Origin: Mesotaenium endlicherianum
Taxonomy: Eukaryota
Length of the DNA: 64,000 nt
Assembly (NCBI GenBank): GCA_009602735.1
Contig: WELA01001243.1
Location: forward strand, 124,445 to 188,444
Reading direction: 5' to 3'
Both the position numbers and the translations under genes were made by a program. Below the pieces are notes generated by a model. The model was not told the origin of the DNA, searched no databases, and saw only the letters and a list, made by a program, of their open reading frames with translations. Shown here in pieces: positions 1 through 13,910 of the stretch (the stretch's first letter is position 1; each line of letters begins with the position of its first letter).

Positions 1-28
1 GGGGGGGGGGTGTGGCTGATGTGCGTAC

Positions 29-2731
29 GTGACGGTGAGCGTGAGGCCCATGAGCGTGGCCGACCCTCCCAGCTCCTCCAGGTACAGGAAGAGGAGTGCT
101 CCAGCTGACAGGTCAAGGCTTTCTCCCCCCTCGGGTCTCAGAGTCTTGCGTGGCGGCCTGCTGCAGGCAGGCGTGCCTCTGACCTGCCTGGTGAGGGCTG
201 CAGTAGGAGCCATGGCCAGGCTGCGCCATCACGCATGCCATCATGCACGTGCAGATACTGTGCGTGCAGATAGGAACTTCTATACACACGCGCGCACGCG
301 CACACGCACACGCACGCACACACAAGGGCCCTCATGGGCGCGCACGCGCACCGTCATTGCCTCTGTGGCATGCTCAGAGCAGCTTCAATGCCTACGTTCT
401 CGCCCCCCCCCCCTCAAAAACCTCTGCACTGGATACACATGAAGGCGCTCCACCGTCAGTAACCAGCAGGTTGGGGCACACTCCCGTGCTCACTGCAGCA
501 TCTTGCGTCGCGTGCCCGCACTGCTTGCACGTGAGTGCCGCACGGGTACAGAAGGAAAAGGATATAACCCTCGATGCTGCCCATGGAGTAGCCCATGATG
601 ACGGTGATGGCGAAGAACGACACCACCCTCATGTCCTTCAGCAGGGGCCGCAGCCTTGCCGCCATGTCGCCAGCTGTCACCGCGCCCTTGCCCTCCTGCT
701 TCTTCGGGCAGCTGCTGGCAGGCCCCTCTCTAGGCAGCTGATTCGACACCGCAATGCACGTACTCATCACTGTCCCTCAACGAACCCACCCGAAACCCCC
801 CCCCCCCCCAACCCAGCCACCCAGCCACCCAGTAAAACTATAATAAAATACTGGGAAAGAAGAGAATAGCCCTGCCTGCGAAGCCTCCTCTCCCCACCCT
901 CAGCCAATCAGGCTCTGCCTGAACCACCTGCTTGTATTCCGCAGCAGCGAGCACCAGCGAGCTGCAGTGGCTCAGCTTGCGACGCCATCACGGCTTTCCC
1001 AACGCCAGCTGGCAGGAATCTAGGCGTCGACTGCCAGCCTGTGAGCAACCCGCGGGGGGCAGGACGAGGGCAAAACCGCGCAGGCTCGGGCGCAGTAAAC
1101 ATGCGTGCATGCATGTATCTCTTGTCATGCGGGGTCGTGCAAGCTGGCCGGCAGTGAGGCTCAACGGTGTCTCCATCCAGACCAGTAGTAGTTGTAGAAG
1201 CTCTGAGAGGGGCGCACGTGAGAGGCTTTGGGGCAGAGGGGGAAAGGGGGAAGAGGGTCAGCAGTGGCCATGATGGAACGGGTCTTCAAAGCAGAGTTGT
1301 AGTTAAAAGCTCCGAAAGAATGCCTGTGAGAGGCTGAGGGCCGGAGAGGGGGGGGGCGCAAAACCTGGAAGCCTAACCCTATACCCTAAACCTGTAACTA
1401 AACCCGCCGCAGGGGGCGGGGAGGGAAACGGGGAGTGTCGTCTGTAGCGGCCAAGGAGGGGGCGGGGCGTGGGGAGGAAGCGGGACAGGGACAGGGTTTG
1501 CTCACGGACGGCATGCAGGAAGAAGGCGGAGTAGATGGTGGTGTAGGTGATGAGCAGGCCCGCCAGCACGCTCACCACGCCCCACGACACGGCGCCCCAC
1601 AGCCTCTGCACCCGCCCAACCACGGAAGGACGGACGGACGGAGCACCAGGGCATCCGGGGCGGCTGTGCCGCTGATCAAGCACTGGCGGCACACAGTATA
1701 TTGCGGGCAGACAGGCAGGCCAGGCGGGCAGGCGGGCAGGCAGACAGGCGAGCGGCAGCCCCAGAGTCAGGCAAGAAGGACTTTCCAGTTTTGCCTTGCT
1801 TGTGAGCAACTTCCAGCATGCTTTCAGGGGCCGCATGGCTGACTTCCTCTTCTCGCAGGGCACGAGAAGTGAAGGTGGATCTGCTGAAAGCAGCAGCCTG
1901 GTCTACTCGTGCCCTAGGAAGAGACTGATGAGATGATACGCCGAGGCTGAAGATGTTTGACAGAGCAGAGCAGAGCAGAGCCTGTTGCATGATGCCTCCC
2001 ACTAGAAGCGTGATGCAAATGCCGTGTGAACATGCCTCAGCCGTTCCACCCACCCTCCGGAGCTAGCTGCAGCAGCAGGCTTACATTTTGTCCCCGCGCT
2101 GGTACTCGCCGTCAACTCTACGCATGGCATGCAGGCAGGGACAGCTGGCAAAAAGAAATGTCCTCGATTGAGGTGAGGGTGGTGAGCCCATTTCAGGTCT
2201 GGGTGCATGCACGGACATAGGGTGATCAACCTGCTTGCCATACTCTGCCTTGTCGGGAAGCGCCTGCATGGTGCTCACGTCCACAATGGAGGTGCAGGGC
2301 GAGGCGCAGCCATGCGCAAGGGCAGCTGTGACAAAGAAGAGCCAGAAGCTGCCCTCGAGCCCCAGGAGGAGCCGCCAGGCCATGGCTAGGGTCAGGGAGA
2401 CCAGGAGGACCGAGATGGGCTGCCCCGTGAAATCTACTATCATTCCCCACAGGGGGTTCGTAAGGGTGCTCATGATTGGGCGCAGGGCCATCAGGAGGCC
2501 CACTAGCCCCTCCTTAACCCCAGCTCGCCTGTAGTAGACCGGCAAGAATGGCTCTATGGAGGCATGAGCTGCAAAGTACGTAAAATACCAAGCCTTGAAA
2601 GGTAGGAGCTCCCGGGACGTGGGCGGGAGAAACGCGGAATCCGTGCCTGAAGTACAAGGGCTTGCTGAGGAATCCTGATCACCCTCCAAACGTTCTGAAA
2701 ATTCGTCTTTATTGGGGCTTTCTAGATCCAT
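29..2731 (-). CDS. Major facilitator superfamily transporter (MFSD6/MFS_1-like), multi-exon, 3' end outside window
   Basis: Exon 1 2731-2231 (KAWYFTYFAAHASIEPFLPVYY...WGMIVD...EYGKQ, then GT donor). Exon 1605-1506 (RLWGAVSWG; YGKQ+RLWG is the typical MFSD6-like junction). Exon near 555-720 (VVSFFAITVIMGYSMGSIEG). Exon near 29-105 (LFLYLEELGGSATLMGLTLTV). Several hydrophobic helices; some internal exon borders uncertain. Confidence 0.85.
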
Positions 2732-3476
2732 CGCCAGGAACTGTGTGAAAGGAATCTAAGGGGGCATCTGCAATAGTTCCTGACAACTTGCACCTTATTG
2801 AAAGGTCTGAGTAAACCTTGGGTCCTTGTTCGTATTGCTCAAGCTCTTAGAACGATGGTGTTTTAGTGGACAGGGCACCTCTGTGTCCACTTCACTCACA
2901 ATGTCAGCCAAAAAGTGCACATGATCCGGAGTGACTCGAGCAATAATCTATCGACTCTGGATCGGCTCGAAGCCTCAGGTCTGGTCACGGCATGCATACA
3001 GGGTTCCTCTTCGGTTTTACTCCGTTGCACTGTGCCCAATATGTCGGGCATGGTCGGGCATTGTGCAAAGTTCCCGCCAATGTTAACATCGATTCAATGC
3101 GGTTGCATCTGATCGGCAATCGACAATGTGGTCTGGTACCGCTAAAGCATGCTGAAGCGTATGAAACGGAAATGTAGCACGCGATCGGTTCATGAAACGC
3201 CACACGGCCTGACAGCAGGGCCCCTCTCAGCTTTCAGGCGCTTGCAGGCAGCTTGCATGCAGGTCAGTTGCAAGTGCTTGCAGGCACTTCCAGGCATTGC
3301 AGGGCACTGCAGGGCATCGCAGGACATTTTGCTCCAGAAAGGCACCGGTGAGACCGGTGAGGACCAATGATGCATGTACATATACTACAGAGCACTACAG
3401 AGAAGCCAGATGACGCGAATATAAGTTTCTTATCTGGTATCGCTTGGGCTAAGGCTCAAGGTATACCCACATTCTG

Positions 3477-5571
3477 ATGTCCTTGTCCATCGCGTGTGCA
3501 TGGTCAAGGATGGCAGTTTGTGCATTAGCATATATCACAACTCCCTCCAGCATATGTCCATGTAGTGTGCGCTCGCATTGGCATCCTGTTGTCGCTTCAT
3601 CTTCATCCTGCCCCGGTCGATCATTGATAGGAAGTGCCAACTTCACAGGTTTCCAGTTACGGATTAATAAACGTGTTGATTTTTCAACCGTAGTTCGTCC
3701 TTTAACCCACCTAAAGCGCTCATTCAAGGTCAGCGCTAAGCTTGATGATTACGACTACACGTTAGATGGCCCTCTTGATCCCATCATTCCGAAATTCAGA
3801 AAAGACGCGATCGGAAATCCTTCTGATACTCCCGTGACAGTCCCTAAGTCCAGTGGCAAGAATGGGCTCAAGATTGGCCGCAAGATGGGCAAGAAGTTTA
3901 AGCGAGCCACTCCTTTACAAGTACGGGATAATCGTAACCTTATGTGGCCCTTGAATGGATGGCTTGAACATGCTTCTACATATTTTGCCCTAAGTTGAGA
4001 AGTTCAAGACAAAACAAGTGGACAGATTGTTGTCAGTATTAGTCACCATTCCGATTGAGAGTTACTGCTCAGTTGAGTGCGACGCAGAAGAGTGTTGCTA
4101 CATCTGTTGATGCTGCTGCCTTTTGCACTTCAACGATTGCTTGTATTGCCCGTCTTTTTTTTCTTGTACATGCTAGTGGCTGTGTTTTACCAGGAATAAG
4201 TCTTTGTACAAATATTGCAGCATGTAACAATTAATCCCTTGTCTCCACCTCTGCAACCCAAATCCAGGACTACCCCATGCTACTATTGCTCTGTTCAGTA
4301 GAGCTCTGAATATCACCATACTCACGGGAAATGGCATTTCATAGCTTGGTTCCAATCTCTGAAGCGGCCACGCCCATTGAGAGCTGTACAGTCGGCAGTG
4401 ACAACCTCCCTGGCTATCAAGGTCCATCTCAGACTGGAGTCTTTCACCTATTTCTGTGATGGGGAAATGACAAAGCAAATTGTGGTCTGGTCAGGCACTA
4501 CTGGGGTCTGGCACGGCTGGCCTAAGCGCGTGGGGACTGTACAATGCTGTCACTCACATCGCCTCCTTCCTAAGCGAACACCCTCCCGTTCGTCAGGCGC
4601 CTGGGGACTTGAATGCCCGAGCCAACGAGCTCATCCTCACCATGGTGAGCTGCCTGGCTTGTAGCTGATACCAATTCTTGGTGTACCTTTGCTATACCTT
4701 TGCTGTACCTCTGCTGGACCTGTGCTTACCTCTGCTCCAAATGACCTATTCATCGTGTCACTACGTCTGCTGCCTTAGAATTGATATTTGGGTCCGGGGG
4801 CCTATACTTGATGAACCTTGATTTTTCTTACGTGAAGAGTTGTGGATATTGATCCTCATTGTAGGCATGCGCACATGATGCTTTGCGACCCCCTGTTGCT
4901 GAGAGAAGCAAGCTGAGGGCATGCACACACGTGCACAGGAGGGAGAAAGGATGGAGGTGGGGGGGGGGTAATAGCATGCGTGCATTGTTCTTTGAAACAG
5001 CAGTGAGGTTTGAAGCAACGTGATCTCTTATCCTATCGTCGTTAAAGTGGCCATACAAATTTAGCACCTTTTGTGTGGTGATGACCTCTAAAGTGTTGTT
5101 GAAGAGGAAATGTTGTGTACCAATTTTGGATAACTCACTCGCGCACTGATGGCTCATGTTGAAGGTCTGAAATACGATGGACTGCTAGGTGAACATTGAG
5201 CAGGACCATCAGATGAAGTGATGAGCAGGTCCCCCATGCTTGATTTTCCATTATGAGCGAGCGTGCGTGCGTGTGTGCAGGTTTTGACAGAGTACACTGT
5301 GNTACATGTAGTAGGGGTCCTTAGTTGAACATAGAATTATGTCATTGCATGGATTCCATGTGTCTTCACTGGTGTCACACAAAACCAGGAACTTGCTTGG
5401 ATGATATCTCATGGTGGGTTCGATGCCCGCGTACCACCTTCCTCTGCATTGTGCCTGCAGGTCACAACCTTTGGAGCTTTTGGAGTGGGTGTCTTTGGAA
5501 TTGCTGCAGTTGGCCTTCTCCTCTTGGCGATTCAGAATGCCACGGCAGACATCGCCGACTCCAAGCGCTAG
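3477..5571 (+). CDS. Plastid-targeted DUF3082-like membrane protein, multi-exon
   Basis: Exons 3477-3920 (Ser/Arg-rich transit-peptide-like N-terminus ...ATPLQ), 4495-4644 (ALLGSGTAGLSAWGLY...), a probable micro-exon near 5281-5298, and 5461-5571 (VTTFGAFGVGVFGIAAVGLLLLAIQ...stop). Phase-0 GT-AG junctions. The PLQALLG and VGLLLLAIQ motifs recall DUF3082. Confidence 0.7.
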
Positions 5572-8500
5572 AGGTTGACCCGAATCTCGCTACTTCACCG
5601 TACCCGACCGGAGCTCATCCTGCGGGCGGCAGATGTGTGTACGTCCACACGCATGAAAATAAGGGACTGAATGCTGTCAGTGGTGTTAGGAGTAGCTCCC
5701 CACAGGTGTCAGCCTGTGTCAGCCTGAAACATGCTGGACAGGCTGAGTTGTTTTGCTTGCTTGTGCATTCAAGCTTTCTTGTCTTAGATAGCGTACCTGC
5801 AGTCAGGTCTCACCCTGTAGTGCGGTTGGTCCTAAATACACCTTGGGATTTGTGTTGTGTATGGTAAGCATACACTATTCATTGCGTGGCAAGTGAAGGC
5901 TTCTCATGTGATGAGCCACTCTCTACTCGTGTCATCCTTCATTAGTTTGTCAAGGGGCTAGTGGGAGGGTCTTCTTTGTGGGTGGAGGATTTCACTGTTC
6001 ATTTGTATGTGGGTTGGAGGCTACTCGCACGTGTCATTTGTCACGCATGATCACGTGCCTTGGTGTAATTCGTATTGAGGTGTAATGGTGGTGCTTTTTC
6101 ACTAATAGTTGCTGGATTGATAGATTTTTTGTAAGTGGTGTACCTTGTCTTTGCTGACGTGTAAGCTGAATGACATTCCGCCATTAAATAGAATAATCCT
6201 GGCGTCAGAGGTCTTTCTTGTCCTTGTTCAGGTGGCCAGCACCATGGTCTTCATGTAGCTTGAGAGACAGCTTATTGTCCTATTATTTTGAAGGACTCAT
6301 CAGTTGCTGTGGACGAGCCCCCCAAACTGGTGGTCCCATGGAGGTGGCTGTCGGATCACGCACGTTACAGCCCTGGTGCTACTATCTGGACGCCAATCCT
6401 TTGAGCAGCTAGCGCCACCTGGCAACAGGGTGGTTCCATATGGCAGCACTACAGCTCTGGGGAGAGGTAAAAGATGACCTGTTTAGAACCGCCAAGGGCC
6501 ATAATGGAGACAGTCTGCTGCTGCAGGCAGTGGCAGCGGTAGCGGTCGCAGCACCGCAATGTACTGCAGACAAGGAGGTAGGAGACCTTGGTAGTGGTAC
6601 TTTATTATTTGTGAACAAAGGAGCCCTCAATGTTGGGCAGGGCAGCTGCAGCAGGAGCTCACAGCTGCAGCCAAGTCTGGCATTATAAGACGTGCCTGTG
6701 TTTGCCTGTGGTCCTGCAACGGCAACTACAAGTAAGCATCTACAAGTGGCTGTGCACGGGCAGCCTTAAGTAAGTCAGCTAGAATGTCATTTATAACATT
6801 TGCTTTGACCTCAATGCAGCCAAGAGTATTTAGGAAACGTGGCAAAGGCAAATAAAACACTGAATCTAAATTGCCTCAAGTAATTAACTCCAAGAAGACA
6901 ATGGGTATGCCATAATGTTTAGGTAACTTCATTTTTTGAAAATAAGCTATTTCTACAGGAAGCTCATTGCTGAGATTATTTTTTGACAAAGGCTCTAAAT
7001 CTGGTACTTGTCACGTGGAGTGGAAGGGCTCATAAATTATAGTCACAATGTGAAGTGAAGATTGTAGGAAGATTGTAGAATAGAAACCTCCTCCAAGGAG
7101 GGCTGGTTGTTCATATGAAAGGGACCAACCAATGTGACACACTCATGGTTTGACATCAACTTAGTTGCATGTAACTTGCACATATAAGTTCCATGTTCAA
7201 CGGAGTCTTGTGAGTTGTGCTCACGTACTTATACTTCACCACTTGGTTGTCCTTTTTCCAGCAGTACCAGTCCAAGTATCAAGATCGTCTATGAATCTGG
7301 TTTCAGAAGCGAGGTTCTTGTCCTCGTCCAATTCCAACAGCTGCTCTTACCTCCAAGGGTTGGATGGCAAGTCCACAATCTCTTGTGACTGCTCTTCAAC
7401 TGCAACTTCACATCTTCAACGCGAGGTCCACTGGGGCTGGTACTCCTTACCACTTCTCAATCGCATTAAATTTTCAGTTTGAAACATCTTGAGTTCCTCA
7501 TCCAAGAATACTCAAATTTCTTCACAAGAGTTCTCTCAACTCTTTAACTTCAGCTGTAGGCTTCTTTGGGTAGCTTCAGCTCTTCACCAGAACCTCAATC
7601 CTTGTCTTCACAAGAGCGCGTAAGCTTATGTTTTTACAAAAGCAGTGCTCATTGTTTTCAACTGGTAAGCTTCTTATAGGCAGCTCCCATTCAGTAACTG
7701 TCACCTATTCTTGCCCAACTTGGCTTACAACGATCACAGCAATTTAGAATTACAAATAATCACACCAACAAATATGCAAGGCAACCAAAGCTTCCATAGT
7801 TCAGGGAGACGCCTTTGTGGCTACCTTTTGCTCTTTCGAGATTCACAAAAGATCTTCAAAACTTTTAATGCTTTTGATCCACCCTACTCTTAGCTGCCGG
7901 TCAACACCTGACCATGCCAAATATGGAGCTTCTTCACATTTACATTCAATGCTTTCAAGTGTTGGTAGCACGCAAACACTTTGTGTACTGCTAGTGTGAC
8001 TTTTGAAAATTTAAGGGAAGACACAAAAACCTCACCTTTGATTGGGCAAAGTCCTCTCCATCCCTAGCATTTCTTAAGCTTCCAAGAACCTTCTCAATTT
8101 TTCTTCCTAGAGCCTAGCAATCTGCCACCAATCTCTCAACTGTGAAAAGAGCGAAGTCCACCTTAGTTGGAAAACTCTAGCACCTTCCAATAACTGCTTG
8201 GAGCTTCTAACAATCAATGTGCACTTAGGCGCAACCTTAAATAACCTGCAATTGTCGTAGTTCAGTCGCCCAAAACATTCGTACTGACAAGCTTGAGTGC
8301 ACGTTAGTTTACCTGCGTTGTCAACCTGCTTCAAGCATTAACCCGCACGCGCAGCGGCAACCTTAAAACCTGCCAATCGCAACAATCCTGTTGACTTCTC
8401 AATCGCCTACCGAGGAGTCTGCTACAACATCAAAGCACACGGATGCACGGCAATAAAAGAGACCGCTGGCAAAATATCACTCACAATGTCAAGTCATTTA

Positions 8501-8664
8501 CACCGCAAATAAGCTTTCCTTCAAACATCAACAAAACTTACAAGATGTGTGTAATCGTGTGAATCATGTCAACACATCTTCTCTGACACGTACTCATCGT
8601 CCGTCGTACACACGTACACTTGAAAACTCTATAAAGGAAATTATGTTTTTACTTTTCTTAGGCT

Positions 8665-8912
8665 TGTCGTGCATTAGGGGGTCGAGTGCGCATCATCGGC
8701 ATAAGCAATACACGATAGGCAAGCAGCCTTTGCTGCAATGGAAGCGAAAATACATGTGGCCTTAAAGCCAAAAAGGTGTCGTGCGGTAGGAGATCGAGGG
8801 CGTATCATCGACACAAGCAATGCATAATAAGCAAGCAGGCTTTGCTGCAATGAAGTCTATAGTACATGTGGCTTTATAGCCAAAAGGGCAGTCAAGCGAC
8901 AGATGTTTTAAT
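8665..8912. repeat. Two tandem degenerate copies of a ~112-135 bp unit; third copy at 9921-10057
   Basis: Unit TGTCGTGC...GCAAGCAG...TTTGCTGCAATG...ACATGTGGC...GCCAAAA starts at 8665, 8777 and 9921. Confidence 0.75.
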
Positions 8913-9918
8913 TAAGGAGTGTGTACTCTCCAGAGTGAGCACCTCAAGATTGTAATCTGGTAGGAAAACAACTAATGAAGTCTGGCCCAAAAGATCACTG
9001 GCACATCATGGTTTTCAAGAGTAGTCATACGGCAGGGTTTAAGCTGGGACTTTGCTCACCACTTGTAAAGTTTTTCAAGTGACTAGAAGCCGGAAGGGCT
9101 TGCTCTTCACAAGAGAAAAACTAAGTGGTCCTGAAAACACAAGAGTCAAAAGTGTAAGCTTTACTGATAACTCCGTGACTTACAACTAGCAAAATGGGAC
9201 TTTTAAAAAGATGTCTCTCTAGGGACATCTCTAGTACTTATACTCTTGGAAACTTGGCGTCGTATGCGGCGGATCCAATGCATGTAGTCACTCTAGGAGG
9301 CTCTCCTGTGTCCACTAATGTGTACAAGGAATGTACTAGCACTCCTATAGGCTAAGCATAACTCAAACCAATCAAAGCAAAGCACGTAGAATATGCTATG
9401 TGTCTCTCATTGGTGGAGCTTACCTCGGGTGATGCTACCTAAATAGCGCCTCAAAAGTGAATCTGGAACTTGAGGAAGCTTCCTCTAGGAGTAGGTGATG
9501 CAGTCACCAAGTTATAGCCTCAATGATGCACTTATACTATGGAAATGCAGGATTTATGTAGGCTAAGGGGCTCGCGGAGTTGTGCGCACGAAGATAAGGG
9601 TCCTTGCGGTCACGAATGGCCAACAATGTCACCTTTGGGTACATTGAGTCACAAGTTGGCCATTGGGTGTGATTCCGCTAGGGGCCAAAAGGGGTGCGGA
9701 CTAGATCGCGCCTATCTCGCTCGATACTTAACCAAATGACGCGAAACCGGTGCCATTCGGAATATGCTTCCACGCGCTACACTTTGGTGACTTGGCAAAT
9801 TAGAAAAGGTCAACATATGGATGCAAAAGATCAATGCAAAGTCGGTCTTCCTAGGTTGATGGTTCACACATATGGAGCTCGATTTTGTATGTCAACCTCG
9901 ACTCAATAAATCATGACA
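8913..9918 (-). mobile_element. LTR family C copy (~1.0 kb)
   Basis: Collinear with 23958-24967 and, inverted, with 14038-15043. Begins TGTCATG on its own strand. Confidence 0.8.
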
Positions 9919-10115
9919 GCTGTCGTGCGGTAGGGGATCGAGGGCGTATTATCGACACAAGCAATGCATGATAAGCAAGCAGGCTTTGCTGTAATGAAGT
10001 CTATTGTACATGTGGCTTTATAGCCAAAAAGGCAGTCAAGCGACAAATGTTTTAATTCCCTCCCTAGCTCTCAACCACCAGCTGATGGGCTGTGATCGCT
10101 GCCTAAAGCTAAAGC

Positions 10116-10256
10116 AGTACAGTCACTACAGAACCAGTCTTCAGCTGGCATGCGGGCCAGCGGCGGGTCCAGGCAGCCGATGTGGAGCCCGAGGTTGCAG
10201 CTGTTGCAGAACAGCATCTTGGCGTCTTGGCCGAGGCTGTGGCAGATCTAGCACGC
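10116..10256 (-). pseudogene. PHD finger at integrase C-terminus (one in-frame stop)
   Basis: Manual translation AC*ICHSLGQDAKMLFCNSCNLGLHIGCLDPPLARMPAEDWFCSDC has canonical C4-H-C3 PHD spacing with W-x-C-x2-C. Confidence 0.9.
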
Positions 10257-10325
10257 CCAGTCCTTGGGCGGCCGCACGTCGCGGGGACAAACCTGCATGT
10301 CAAGGTTAGGAAGGTGGCATAGTCC

Positions 10326-11625
10326 TCAGTTCTTTGTGTGGTCCTTGTGAAGACGACCATCTGCGCCTTCCCGCTCCAGGAGTCCTGACGCCAAGACACG
10401 CCTGACGCGTAGGATGACGGGCAAGCTGCTGGTGTTGAGGGTGTTCTTCGTCTGGCGTTGCAGGTACACGAAGTCACATGCGGAAAATTGCAACACCCGT
10501 GGACGATAGGCTCCTCCACGAGTCATGGCATACCTCAGTATGTCGCGGTGCTGAGCAATGCTGAGGTTGTCCATGCCTATGGGCATCAGGCGCTGAAAGA
10601 GTTGTGCACGCAGCCCGATAAAAGCGCTCCACGTCTCGGGACTGTCCAAGTTCAAGATGTTCTCGGCCACGGTCCTGGCTGCTGCTGGCAGGACTGACTG
10701 TTGGCCGTAGAGAAGGAAGTAGGGAGAATGCAAGGCCAGGGAGGTCTGCTTACTAAACCTGTACCCCATAGCCAACCGTGGGAGGGCGTCGTCCCAATGG
10801 GTGCTGTCGTGGGCCAGGCAGTACTTCCACAGCCCAAGCTTGACGGTCTGCACCATGCGCTCTGCAAGGCCGTCAGCCTGGGGATGGTCGCGGGAGGTTG
10901 TGCGGTGGTCAATCATCAAACGCTCCAGCAGCTTTTGAAAGCTGCCCTAGAACTCCTTGCCCTGGTCGGTCAGGTCCTCAGCGCAGCCGCCAAAGCGGCT
11001 AAGGACAAGAAAAGCCTAAGCAATCCCCTCACTGGCCTTGCTGGGCAAAGGCACAAGCTCGATCCACTTGGACATGTGCTCAATCATCACCAAGACGTAG
11101 AGGTTGCCTCGGCGAGACTTGGGAAGCTCCCCAGCCAAGTCGAGCGACCACCTGTAGAACAGCCCCTGAATAGGGAGAGGGATGAGAGCGACGGTGCGGA
11201 CTGTGAAGCTCGAGCGCACCCGGTCGCAAAGAGTGCAGCGGCTGACGAAGTCGGCGACGACCTTAGTTATGCCGTACCACCAGTACTCGGCCTGGAGGAG
11301 GTTGAGAGTGCGCTTAACACCGAAGTGTCCAAGCGTCTCGTGCACACGTCGCACCAGCTGGCTGCGTATAGCACGCTCAAGTACCACCAGGACGGAGCCG
11401 TCCGCCATCACTCGCCGCATGCGCCCCTCCATGAAGACAAAGTCCCGGTTGCGCTTGAGGACGCGGTCGCGCTCGCGAGCACTGATGCTTGGGGCCAACT
11501 CCTTGGCCGTGACGTACTGCAGCATTGGGGCGTTGTCCTACACGTCCTCGGGCCCGCGCTGCCAGCTGTCCTGCTCCTCAGCTCCGGCCAGTGCCAGTCG
11601 CCGAGTGGTGATGGTCACCATATCT
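10326..11625 (-). pseudogene. Integrase (HHCC zinc domain and DDE core) of the DNMT-Gypsy element
   Basis: HETLGHFG...CTLC, WSLDLAG, VLTDQGKEF, HPQADGLAERMVQT, WDDALP, SPYFLLYG; interrupted by stops. Confidence 0.9.
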
Positions 11626-11738
11626 AGGCTGGTGAACCCTGCGGGTCGCACATCGCCGTCAACGGTGAAGGCCAGGAACGCCGCCGCATGCCAGGCAGCT
11701 GGCTCATTCTCATCGTGGCGGGCTACTGTGAGGTCCCT

Positions 11739-13910
11739 CTAAGAGAGCAGGGGCTTACGGCTGAGGCCGTTTGCGTCCAGGTTCGTTGACCCTGGACAAT
11801 GGTGCACGTCGAAGGTATACTCCTGCAAGATGAGCACCCACCGCGCGTACTTGCCTGTCATGAGCTCCGACGTCATGAGCAACTTGAGTGGCTGATGGTC
11901 GGTGACCAAGCGGAAGTGGGTGTCGTAGAGATAATGCCTGAAGTGCATAATCGCCCACACAAATGCCAGGCACTCCCTCTCATGAGAGCCGTAATTGCCC
12001 TCGGCACGATTGTTGCTGCGGCTGGCGTATGCCACCACATGCTCAAAGCCGTCATGCTCCTGCACCAGCACCGCTCCGAGCCCTGCCTGCAACCAGTCGG
12101 TGTAGAGGATGAAGGGCTTTTGGTAATCAGGCCGCCGTAGTACTGGGGCGCTTACCAGCAGCTCCTTGAGCTTTTCAAACGCCGCCTGCTGCTCTAGTCC
12201 CCATACGTAGGCAACGCCCTTGCGTAGCAAGTCGTTGAGCGGCTTGGCCAGCTCGCTGAACCCAGGCACAAAGCGGCGATAGTAGTTGGCGATGCCAAGG
12301 AAGGCCCTCAGCTGCGAGAGGTCGGTCGGCGGCGGGATGCCAGCGATGGCCGAGATCTTGGCCAGCTGAGGGGCCAGGCCACTGGAGGACAGGAGATGCC
12401 CAAGTGTAATGAATCAGTATATTAGTAAATATAATATTCATTTAAATATAATAGTTATTTAAGTTCAGCCTACTGAATTGTATGTAGTATTAAGTCTGCT
12501 GGACTTTATATAATTATCAATTTAAGGGCTCAGCCGGAAGCAGCAGGCTGAAGTCCACTCAAGTCAGCTTGCTGACACATTCTTTGACCGCCAGCTGACT
12601 TCCGTACTCGGTAGCAGCGAACTGCCTCGATATGCATCTAAGTATGATATGCTAGATGAATGGCCAGATGACATCCCTATGATGGATGGCTATTCGGGAT
12701 GACGGGAGATGGAGGTGGATTTGGTTAACCGAGGTCCTACCAACGTGGTTAACTCTCGGGTAGGCGGTGCCATCGCACTGGCCGTTGAACAGTAAACTCA
12801 TTCCATGTACATATGCTAGGCATTGCTCTCTAGTTCGGCATTTGGAAACGAGGCCAACTCTCTTGTACAGCTTACTGAGAGAAACTTGAATCCAAGGCGA
12901 GAAGCCATTGATACGCACTGTCTTCCAACCTTACTTATGTATGAGTTTACTGATTGCATTATTGATGCTAGTTTACTTGCATTTGACTTACGAGTATTAT
13001 TCACTGCTAGTGTGTTGTCCTTTGCTGTTAAATCAATTAACGAAAAATACCATAAAGATTACTTGCTGATATAAAGATCTTTATTAAGTGTTAATCGCCT
13101 ATTTGGTAAGTCGATTCATTTCACCGAGGTACTCCACCTCTCGGGTCCCAAAGGTGCACTTGCCTGGATGGCACTTGAGCCCAACGGCCTCCAAGCAGTC
13201 CAGGACTGCAGTGATGTGCGCCACGTGCTCCTCAAACGTCTCACTGAAGACGAGCACGTCATTGATGTAGCACCGGGCATAGGAGAGCCCTGCCAACTCC
13301 TTATCCATGACTCGCTGGAAGGTGGCAGGAGCGTTCTTCAAGCCGAAGGGCATAACCCTTCACTTGTAGAGACGCTGCAACCCCCAGAAAGCCTTCTCGT
13401 GCTGCTCCTCCTCCGCAATGGGTATGTGGTTGAAGCCTAGTCTCAAATCCAGCACCAAGAACCAATTACAAGCGCCGATGTTGTCAAAGATCTTGTGAGG
13501 GGTCGACATAGGATATCTATCCTGCTCAGTGTCCTCATTAAGCTTACGATAGTCATTGCACATCCTCTTCTCAGACCAGTTGCCTGAGGCGTCCTTCTTA
13601 GTTGGCATGACTGTGGGCGCAGCGTAGGTGGAGGCAGACTCACGAATGAGCTGACACTCCTCTAGCTTGCCTGTCTGCGTGCTGATCAGGTTGTTCTCAA
13701 AGCGGCTGTAGCGGTAGCGCTTCTGGAAGATGGGCACGTCTGTCTGGAGGAGAACCCTCATAGATTTGTCTCTGTAGGGCCCAAGATCGTGCATGCCGCT
13801 GGCAAAGCTGGCACTGCGTCGTGCATCCAATAATGCGATCAGCTGAGCAGCTTGTGCCTCAGTGAGAGTCCCCCCTTGCTTCCAAGTAGGGACAGCTGGT
13901 GGTGGCTCGT
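11739..13910 (-). pseudogene. Reverse transcriptase and RNase H (copy 1), split by a solo LTR A
   Basis: RMCNDYRKLN, LDLRLGFNHI, MPFGLKNAPATFQR, YIND (decayed YIDD), FILYTDW, ECLAFVWA, TDHQPL. Confidence 0.9.
12405..13123 (+). mobile_element. Solo LTR, family A
   Basis: TGTAATGAATC...GATTCATTTCA termini; 5-bp TSD CCAAG/CCGAG (one mismatch); inserted in the RT EYLG motif. Confidence 0.92.

Noticed and set aside
6200..8400. Possible decayed coding region
   Set aside because: Only short ORFs and no recognisable motif; cannot be assigned.
12652..13074. Recurrent short ORFs in LTR A (MRINGFSPWIQ..., MLSSSAFGNEA...) found in many copies
   Set aside because: They recur only because the LTR is repeated; stops and frames vary between copies and no protein motif is evident.
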